A stretch of 26,651 nt of DNA from Methylibium sp. (lineage in GTDB: Bacteria > Pseudomonadota > Gammaproteobacteria > Burkholderiales > Burkholderiaceae_C). This document shows positions 20,376 to 26,651 of the stretch, piece after piece (within the stretch, counting starts at the first letter, position 1; each line of letters starts with the position of its first letter). A program made the translations under genes and the position numbers. The DNA lies in NCBI GenBank assembly GCA_040375795.1, contig JBEIRS010000001.1, forward strand, positions 1 to 26,651. Reading direction: 5' to 3'. The notes under the pieces were generated by a model, which ran no database searches, was not told the DNA's origin, and worked only from the letters and a program-made list of their open reading frames with translations.

Positions 20376-21193
20376 GATGGTGATTTCCAATCTGTAATCA
20401 ATTTCGGAGTAATTCCGAACACCAACACAGGACAGCCGCCATGCCTTCCGGCGTTAAGCCGGTAAAGTAGCTTTCCCATCCATGTAGTGCTCGCTCCATA
20501 TTTCGCTCTCACGCTCTTTCCAACGGGATTACCGGATCTATCCAGTTGTGGCACAACTTCAAAGACCGCATTCAAACTCGCGCTACGCGTCACCATGACA
20601 CCCGCGCTGATAAGACCACAATCATGGAAAGCACGAAGGGCATAGAGATCACGGTCGAAGGTTTGATCCTTCGAGTTCCATTCCAAGTCAAAAGCCACAC
20701 GCCCTTTCACATAATCAATCTTGTGGCCGTCAATAAAATTCTCGATAATGCGGGGCGTACTCTCTGAACGCTTCACTTTTTTTACTTTCCCCTCTGCTGG
20801 AAATAGTTCGTCGTACTCTTGCATCCGCACAAGTAAATCGCCTTGGATACGAGTCTCAACCCAGCCAGCAGGACGCAATGTGCGAGAAAATTTCTTTGGC
20901 ATATCGGACTCATTGCCTCCGGGCGTACCAATATCCCGCACGGTAATTCGGAATTCAAGCAAAGCACGCTCAATTTCCTTTAATTCTTCAGGGAAAGAAT
21001 TAGCGAGAATTGCAGCAGCGTGGCGGTAGCTGTACACGTCATAAAGCGCCCTAACTTCAGCGCTGATATACCGCTCAATATCGGCAGGATGGTCAGCATT
21101 GGAGCCAGGCCGCAGCGCTACGTCCTCGACTATTTCGATATCTTGCTCTTTGACCTCGCTTGCAGTGAGATCTGGATCTTCTTGTTGGGTCAT
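20372..21193 (-). CDS. BglII/BstYI-family type II restriction endonuclease (5' end uncertain, possibly frameshifted)
   Basis: YSYRHAAAIL, GGNES, HKIDYVKGRVAFDLEWNSKDQTFDRDL, GVMVTRS and GGCPVLVFGI; coupled to an MT-A70 MTase, a known pairing. The annotated ATG lacks an adjacent RBS. Confidence 0.85.
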   Translation of the reverse strand: MTQQEDPDLTASEVKEQDIEIVEDVALRPGSNADHPADIERYISAEVRALYDVYSYRHAAAILANSFPEELKEIERALLEFRITVRDIGTPGGNESDMPKKFSRTLRPAGWVETRIQGDLLVRMQEYDELFPAEGKVKKVKRSESTPRIIENFIDGHKIDYVKGRVAFDLEWNSKDQTFDRDLYALRAFHDCGLISAGVMVTRSASLNAVFEVVPQLDRSGNPVGKSVRAKYGASTTWMGKLLYRLNAGRHGGCPVLVFGITPKLITDWKSPS

Positions 21194-21244
21194 GTAAAGT
21201 GCTCGTAGCCATAGCTTGCCTCCTTAATAGGCTGGTTGTGGTTA

Positions 21245-21278
21245 GGCAAGCGCAGCGGTTACAGCCGTTGCACTTGCC
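21245..21278 (-). other. Intergenic stem-loop between the resolvase and the endonuclease
   Basis: On the minus strand GGCAAGTGCA..TGCGCTTGCC forms a 10-bp stem with one G-U pair plus an inner CGG/CCG. No U-tract follows. Confidence 0.5.
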
Positions 21279-21293
21279 GCCTGGTTTTCTTAA

Positions 21294-21866
21294 TTACCTT
21301 GACGAAACATGTGCTCCGTCAAGGTTTTTATAAAGCGTTGTGCGTGACACGCCGTAGCGTTTTGCTATGTCCGTCACTGGGACTGTCTTCGCGTCGTAGA
21401 GTGCTTGAATCTCCCGACGCTCCTTATCACCAATCTTTGGCTTCCTGCCTCCAGTTCGCCCCCGTGCGCGTGCAGCAACAAGCCCGGCCTGTGTGCGTTC
21501 TCGAATCAGATTGCGCTCAAACTCCGCCAATGCCGCGAACATGTGAAACACCAGCTTCCCCGTTGCATTGCCGGTATCGATTTTTTCCGTCAAGCTTTCA
21601 AAACCGATACCAGCCTGCTCTAACTCGGTCACGATCTGCACCAGGTCAGACAAAGAACGGCCTAACCTGTCGAGCCGCCACACTACCAGGGTGTCACCTG
21701 CCCGTAACGCCTTGCGGCATTGCTCAAGCTCGGGGCGGATAGCAGTCTTGCCGCTGGCCGACTCCTCGTAGATCAAACTGCACCCGGCCTGCGTCAGCGC
21801 ATCACGCTGTAAATCAAGGAGCTGATCATCCGTTGAAACACGGGCATACCCAATGCGTTGATTCAT
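21294..21866 (-). CDS. Serine recombinase (resolvase/invertase, Hin/Pin/TnpR type), 190 aa
   Basis: IGYARVST (catalytic Ser11), RPEL, GDTLVVWRLDRLGRS, FERNLIRERTQAGL, GRTGGRK and a C-terminal HTH IAKRYGVSRTTLYK. Confidence 0.95.
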   Translation of the reverse strand: MNQRIGYARVSTDDQLLDLQRDALTQAGCSLIYEESASGKTAIRPELEQCRKALRAGDTLVVWRLDRLGRSLSDLVQIVTELEQAGIGFESLTEKIDTGNATGKLVFHMFAALAEFERNLIRERTQAGLVAARARGRTGGRKPKIGDKERREIQALYDAKTVPVTDIAKRYGVSRTTLYKNLDGAHVSSR

Positions 21867-21928
21867 GAACAGTACCAGAACATAGAAAAATTGACGGCTA
21901 TATTAACAGATTACCAGAGCTAAAAGCA

Positions 21929-22013
21929 TGAAAAATGCAATTTTTCAGACTGTCCAGAAAACGACCGTTTAATGGACAAAATACCTTCTTTTGTCCAAAT
22001 TTGAAAATTTGGA
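21929..22013. promoter_or_regulatory. Putative res/crossover region: cluster of inverted repeats upstream of the recombinase
   Basis: TGAAAAAT-gca-ATTTTTCA (21929-21947); TGTCCA-ga-AAACG-ac-CGTTT-aa-TGGACA (21951-21978, hix/gix-like architecture with a 2-bp core); TGGACAAA..TTTGTCCA (21973-21997); TCCAAATTT-ga-AAATTTGGA (21994-22013). Confidence 0.65.
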
Positions 22014-22367
22014 ACAGCACAGTTCTTTATGCAACATATTGAGTTTAGAAAAAACCAGCAGGGCAAGAAAACGCATTTATGCGACAAATGCAGACCGTAA
22101 AGCGTCGCTTAACGCATTCGCACGTAACATGACGAAAACGCTTCAATTATGATGTTTGGCAAGTCTGGGTAATTCGGCGGGCGGTTCACGGCCACCTACA
22201 GTTTAGTGCGGCGATAAACAATATCGCGGCAAAGATTTTGGCAAGTAATTTTTAGGGACGCACGCGTGACTCACTTTAATATTTCTATCAGCAATTGCCT
22301 AAGTCGACAACTGAGGACGTAACCCCATAAAATGGGTGACGATGGTCTTGACTGGCTTGTGGGGCTT

Positions 22368-23351
22368 TCAGCGCAAGCCTGCGGCATGGGCTTGCTGATC
22401 CGCATGGTAACTGGATCGCACCATCGGCCCGACCGCAGCGTGAGTAAAGCCCATGTGGTAGGCCTTGGCCTCGAACATTTTGAATGTGTCGGGGTCAACG
22501 TAACGACGCACGGGCAAATGGTGCGCACTTGGCGCCAAATACTGGCCAAGGGTCAGCATCTCAATGTCATGATCTCGCATCTCTTGCATGACTTGCAAAA
22601 TTTCTTCATCGGTTTCTCCCAAGCCGACCATGATCCCACTTTTGGTCGGCACGTGAGGGGCATACTCTTTGAAGCGCTTCAGCAAATTCAAACTGAAAGC
22701 ATAATCAGAGCCAGGTCGAACCTCTTTGTATAAACGTGGCACGGTTTCAAGGTTGTGATTCATCACATCCGGAGGCGCTGACTGAAGGATCTCTAAGGCA
22801 CGGTCGATCCGGCCCCGAAAGTCGGGGGTCAGGATTTCAATACGGGTTGCCGGGCTTTGTGCACGGACCTCCTCAATGCAAGCTTTGAAATGAGCAGCCC
22901 CACCGTCTTTGAGGTCATCGCGATCAACACTGGTGATCACCACATACTTGAGCTGCAAGGCCGCGATGGTTTTGGCGAGGTTGGCGGGCTCGCGTTCGTC
23001 GAGGGGGTCGGGACGGCCATGACCCACATCACAAAATGGACAACGGCGGGTGCATTTATCACCCATGATCATGAAGGTGGCTGTGCCTTGACCAAAGCAT
23101 TCGCCGATATTGGGGTATGAGGCTTCTTCACAGACCGTGTGCAAGTGGTGTTCACGCAAAATCTGCTTGATTTCATAAAAGCGGGTGCTTGGAGACCCCG
23201 CCTTCACGCGAATCCAGTCAGGCTTTTTCAAGGTTTCTGCAGGAATGATTTTGATAGGGATGCGGGCAGTCTTTGCCTGAGATTTTTGCTTCGCAGAGGC
23301 ATCATAGGACTCAGCATCCTGGGCTTCGCGGATCACATGATGGGTTGCCAT
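22368..23351 (-). CDS. lipA: Lipoyl synthase LipA (with a Cys>Tyr change in the auxiliary-cluster motif)
   Basis: KPDWIRVK, radical-SAM motif [36 protein letters not shown] and RSSY. The CX4CX5C motif reads C74-EEAS-Y79-PNIGE-C85. Confidence 0.97.
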   Translation of the reverse strand: MATHHVIREAQDAESYDASAKQKSQAKTARIPIKIIPAETLKKPDWIRVKAGSPSTRFYEIKQILREHHLHTVCEEASYPNIGECFGQGTATFMIMGDKCTRRCPFCDVGHGRPDPLDEREPANLAKTIAALQLKYVVITSVDRDDLKDGGAAHFKACIEEVRAQSPATRIEILTPDFRGRIDRALEILQSAPPDVMNHNLETVPRLYKEVRPGSDYAFSLNLLKRFKEYAPHVPTKSGIMVGLGETDEEILQVMQEMRDHDIEMLTLGQYLAPSAHHLPVRRYVDPDTFKMFEAKAYHMGFTHAAVGPMVRSSYHADQQAHAAGLR

Positions 23352-23386
23352 GAAAAACTTTCTGAAAAAATGCCCCTCTGAAAACG

Positions 23387-24124
23387 TCAGGGGCTCAAGT
23401 GGGAGGCCAGCTTTTCCGCCAGATAAGTCGCAGCCTCAGCGGGTTGGATTTCAATGCCCAGTGTAGCCAAGTCAACTGTTTTCAAACCCACATAACCACA
23501 AGGGTTAATCTGTGAAAAGGGGGCGAGATCCATGGCAATGTTGAGCGCCACGCCATGGTAAGTGCAGTGACGGCTGACCTTGATGCCTAAGGCCGCAATT
23601 TTTCCAAGCCCCTCAAAAATGCTGACATCACCCCCCTTGACGCCTTCACGGTACCTGGGCTCCTGAGCCAACAAGGGAGTGTGACTGAAGGGGTCATCCA
23701 GCCGCACATAGATACCTGGCGCCCCTGGCACCCGGTGCCCGGTGACACCCACATGTTCAAGCGTTTTGAGAAGACAGTGCTCCAGGCGGTAAACGTACTC
23801 TTTGACAAAAATACCCAGGCGCCGAAGATGAATCAACGGGTAAGCCACCACTTGGCCAGGGCCGTGATAAGTCACTTGCCCCCCCCGGTTGGTGGATACC
23901 ACGGGAATGTCACCCGGCTTGAGAAGATGGCGATCATCTCCGGCCACCCCTTGCGTGAAAACGGGAAAATGCTCACAAAGCCAAATTTCATCAGGGGTAT
24001 GGGCTTGACGCTCCTGCGTGAATGCTTGCATGGCTTGCACGGTCGGGAGGTAATCCAGCCGACCCAGAAACCGCACCATGGCTGGCGCTGAGTGAGGCGG
24101 GCTCATGCGAGTGTCTCGTTGCAT
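23387..24124 (-). CDS. lipB: Octanoyltransferase LipB (start may be 24106 or 24079)
   Basis: [47 protein letters not shown] and INPCGY. Confidence 0.96.
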   Translation of the reverse strand: MQRDTRMSPPHSAPAMVRFLGRLDYLPTVQAMQAFTQERQAHTPDEIWLCEHFPVFTQGVAGDDRHLLKPGDIPVVSTNRGGQVTYHGPGQVVAYPLIHLRRLGIFVKEYVYRLEHCLLKTLEHVGVTGHRVPGAPGIYVRLDDPFSHTPLLAQEPRYREGVKGGDVSIFEGLGKIAALGIKVSRHCTYHGVALNIAMDLAPFSQINPCGYVGLKTVDLATLGIEIQPAEAATYLAEKLASHLSP

Positions 24125-24299
24125 CAGCCTGGCGACAGCGCGCGGATTGGCAACGCCACGCCCGGGGCGCCAGGCCGCTCGAATGTTGCAAGACGTATGA
24201 AGCTAAACACTAGACACTCATCCTTGCAAAAGAAAAGCCTTGATCTAAAAACGCCACCAGCCCGTGCCAAGCCAAAGCCATAAAAAACTTTTGCCCCCA

Positions 24300-24581
24300 T
24301 CAAAGCACCATTTTAACCAAAGGATGGGTGCTCAAAGTACGGTACAGTTCATCAAGCTGGGAGCGGCTGGTGGCGGTGATGGTGAGGGTCACCGCCAAAT
24401 ATGTATGAGCCGAACTGGCCCGAGTCTGGATGGCATGGGGCCCTAGACCCGGGTCAAATTGCAAGGCCATGCGGATCACGGCATCAGTAAAACCATCGAC
24501 ATTCAGCCCCATGACTTTGATCGGAAACTGGCAGGGGTAAGTGATCAATGATGAATCAGCGGGGGGATTGTTCATGGCCAT
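24300..24581 (-). CDS. ybeD: YbeD/DUF493-family protein
   Basis: LITYPCQFPIKVMG, SSAHTYLAVTLTI and QLDELYRTLSTHPLVKMVL; conserved dac-ybeD-lipB-lipA order. Start taken as ATG 24581 (or 24575). Confidence 0.88.
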   Translation of the reverse strand: MAMNNPPADSSLITYPCQFPIKVMGLNVDGFTDAVIRMALQFDPGLGPHAIQTRASSAHTYLAVTLTITATSRSQLDELYRTLSTHPLVKMVL

Positions 24582-24592
24582 GCCTGTACGCG

Positions 24593-25741
24593 CTATTTGA
24601 TCCACAACCTCATGGCATCCCAGGCACGCCCGAACCAACTGGCCTCGTCCACAGGCTCCATCACCAGCAAAGGCACTTGCGCCACCACCACACCCTCTTC
24701 ATTGCTAACCTTCACGGAGCCCACCGCCTGCCCTTTGCTCAAAGGAGCCACCAGGGGGTCGGTGCGCTCAAGATGGGTTTTCAATTTGCCACTGTCCCCG
24801 CGTGGAACACTCAAAAAAACTGATCGGGCTGGCGCGAGGTTCACACTCTTGACCGTGCCTTTCCAGATTTCTGGGGTGACCAGGGCTTTGCTTGGATCGA
24901 GCAAAGTGATGAGGTCAAATGCTTGAAAACCCCAGTTCAATAATTTTTGACTCTCCCCGGCCCGAGCTTCCATTGATGCGGTTTTGAGCACCACACTCAA
25001 TAGGCGACGCTTTCCGCCCGGGACATCACGCTGAGCACTGGCAATCAGGCAATAACCAGCCGCTTCGGTGTAGCCAGTCTTCATGCCATCAATTGTGGGG
25101 TCACGGCGCAACAAGAGATTGCGATTGGGCTGGGTAATGTTGTTGTATTTATATTCTTTGGTTGAGTAATAAGAGTAAAACTCAGGAAAATCACGAATGA
25201 TGCGGGCAGCAATCACGGAAAGGTCGCGCGCTGTGCTGGTGTGCCCTGGCTCAGTCAAACCAGTCACATTTTTAAAATTCGTATTTTTAAGCCCGAAAGC
25301 CTGAGCTTGGCGGTTCATCATGGCCACAAATTGGGCTACGGTTCCACCGACCGCTTCGGCCAAAGCCACCGAAGCATCATTGCCGCTCTGGACAATCATG
25401 CCATAAAGCAGCTCCTGTACTTTGGGCATCATGGTGGTGTCAATGAACATCAAAGACCCCCCTGCCTTACGCTCATCCCAGGCCAGTTTTGAAACCGCCA
25501 CGGTCTGCTCCAGGGTGAGACGTTTTTCACGAATGGCGTTAAATACCACGTAAGCAGTCATCAATTTGGTCAACGAGGCCGGGTCGGAGGGGGCATCGGC
25601 ATTGCGCTCAGCCAAAATCTGATTGCTGCTCATATCCACCAAAACAAAAGCACCCGCAGCCACCTCGGGAGCTTGGGGCGCCAGCGCCGAAGCGGCACTG
25701 ACCCCCCAAAAAAGACATATTGTGGCAAAAAATCGTTTCAT
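24593..25741 (-). CDS. Serine D-alanyl-D-alanine carboxypeptidase (PBP5/6, DacA/DacC family)
   Basis: Signal peptide, SxxK (ASLTK), SxN (SGND), KTG (MKTGYT) and a C-terminal PBP5_C region. Start is 25741 or 25750. Confidence 0.95.
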   Translation of the reverse strand: MKRFFATICLFWGVSAASALAPQAPEVAAGAFVLVDMSSNQILAERNADAPSDPASLTKLMTAYVVFNAIREKRLTLEQTVAVSKLAWDERKAGGSLMFIDTTMMPKVQELLYGMIVQSGNDASVALAEAVGGTVAQFVAMMNRQAQAFGLKNTNFKNVTGLTEPGHTSTARDLSVIAARIIRDFPEFYSYYSTKEYKYNNITQPNRNLLLRRDPTIDGMKTGYTEAAGYCLIASAQRDVPGGKRRLLSVVLKTASMEARAGESQKLLNWGFQAFDLITLLDPSKALVTPEIWKGTVKSVNLAPARSVFLSVPRGDSGKLKTHLERTDPLVAPLSKGQAVGSVKVSNEEGVVVAQVPLLVMEPVDEASWFGRAWDAMRLWIK

Positions 25742-25799
25742 GAGAACCATTTCTTTGAAAAGAGAAGCCCTGCTGATCTTGGCAACAGTGCCATGTTGA

Positions 25800-26432
25800 T
25801 CAGATCAGGCCTTCAGAAGACTTCAATTGCTGTAAAACCACGTTTTTCAGTAAGCCCAGTTGACCATGAAAGAAATGACCCACCCCTGGAAAGACAATCA
25901 CGGGCAAGTGCTGGGGCCTGGCCCAATCCAGGGTGGCTGACAAAGGAACCACCTCATCAGCTTCACCGTGAATCACCACGGTATGGCCAGGCACATCAGC
26001 CATGCGCTGCCGCTGGGTTGAGGGGCCCACCAACACCATACGCAAGGGCTTTTGTGCTTCAGGCAAACGCGCAGCAGCCTCAGCCGCCACATAAGCACCA
26101 AATGAAAACCCACCCAACATCAGGGGAAGCGTGGCACTGCGAAACGCTTGAATGGTGGCGAGGGCGTCATCGACCTCGCCGCGACCCTCGTCCCAGACCC
26201 CCTCAGAAGCCCCTACCCCACGGTAATTAAAGCGCACCGCCCGCCACCCCCACTGCAAAAAAACCCTCGCCAGGGTTTGAACCACTTTGTTGTGCATGGT
26301 TCCGCCGTGTTGTGGGTGCGGATGGCACAACACAGCCACGCCACGGTATGCCCCTTCTGAAGGGGTATCGAGGGCACACTCCAAGAGGCCCGCAGGGCCC
26401 ATGATGGTGTGCTGAAGAGTTTGAGAATTCAT
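25800..26432 (-). CDS. Alpha/beta-hydrolase superfamily protein
   Basis: HPHPQHGGTMHNKVV, RFNYRGVGASEG, nucleophile elbow GFSFG, HGEADEVV and GHFFHG. Confidence 0.9.
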   Translation of the reverse strand: MNSQTLQHTIMGPAGLLECALDTPSEGAYRGVAVLCHPHPQHGGTMHNKVVQTLARVFLQWGWRAVRFNYRGVGASEGVWDEGRGEVDDALATIQAFRSATLPLMLGGFSFGAYVAAEAAARLPEAQKPLRMVLVGPSTQRQRMADVPGHTVVIHGEADEVVPLSATLDWARPQHLPVIVFPGVGHFFHGQLGLLKNVVLQQLKSSEGLI

Positions 26433-26451
26433 GCTGCCACCACCCCCTTAT

Positions 26452-26651
26452 TTAACGCCCCACCTCGGTGGGCAACACCAGCCGCTCAACCACTGTCCCT
26501 TCTTTGAGGTGGGAATCAATGATTTCATCGATGTCAGACTCATCCAGGAAGGTATACCAGACCCCCTCGGGGTACACCACCGCCACAGGCCCTCCAGCAC
26601 AGCGATCCAGGCAGCCAGCCTTGTTGACCCGCACCCCACCCGGGCCAGCCA
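26452..26651 (-). CDS. Thioredoxin-like [2Fe-2S] ferredoxin (5'-partial, runs off window end)
   Basis: VRVNKAGCLDRCAGGPVAVVYPEGVWYT..DIDEIIDSHL. Confidence 0.88.
   Translation of the reverse strand, partial: AGPGGVRVNKAGCLDRCAGGPVAVVYPEGVWYTFLDESDIDEIIDSHLKEGTVVERLVLPTEVGR

Noticed and set aside
21241-21278. GTTAGGC plus hairpin as an integron attC site
   Set aside because: The GTTRRRY core lies at the wrong end of the stem, there is no matching RYYYAAC partner in the right orientation and no integrase is present.
22020-22320. AT-rich 300-bp non-coding stretch as an ncRNA or eroded gene
   Set aside because: Only short hairpins (for example GCGATA-aacaa-TATCGC); no credible ORF or RNA family motif that I can recognise.
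23620-23710. Extra ~25-aa loop in LipB ([19 protein letters not shown])
   Set aside because: In frame, and an insertion at this position is familiar in Comamonadaceae-type LipB.

Overview
Chromosomal window from a betaproteobacterium (Burkholderiales/Comamonadaceae-like, inferred from gene content and the thiC/lipB styles). It has four blocks. (1) 1-10.5 kb is a decaying defence island: a type I R-M locus on + (hsdM partial, hsdS, frameshifted DUF1016/YhcG, hsdR with an early in-frame stop) converges on a minus-strand operon (truncated Eco57I/DrmMI-like MTase, intact ABC/AAA_21-DUF3696 ATPase, intact PIN-fold protein, internally deleted RNA ligase), followed by IS3, IS5 and SNF2-like scraps. 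(2) 10.5-19.6 kb is a TPP-riboswitch-controlled thiC-thiO-thiS-thiG-thiDE operon plus a DUF748 gene. (3) 19.7-22.3 kb is an AT-richer insert with a serine resolvase and res-like palindromes, a BglII/BstYI-like endonuclease and an MT-A70 methyltransferase. (4) 22.4-26.6 kb is the housekeeping run lipA-lipB-ybeD-dac-hydrolase-ferredoxin on the minus strand. The best candidate for an undescribed system is the translationally coupled ABC-ATPase + PIN nuclease pair, originally followed by an RNA ligase, which remains intact while most neighbouring defence genes are broken. Several point lesions (hsdR stop, ThiC motif changes, LipA Cys>Tyr) could be sequencing or assembly errors and need read-level checking. 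All family assignments come from motif recognition by eye; no database searches were run.
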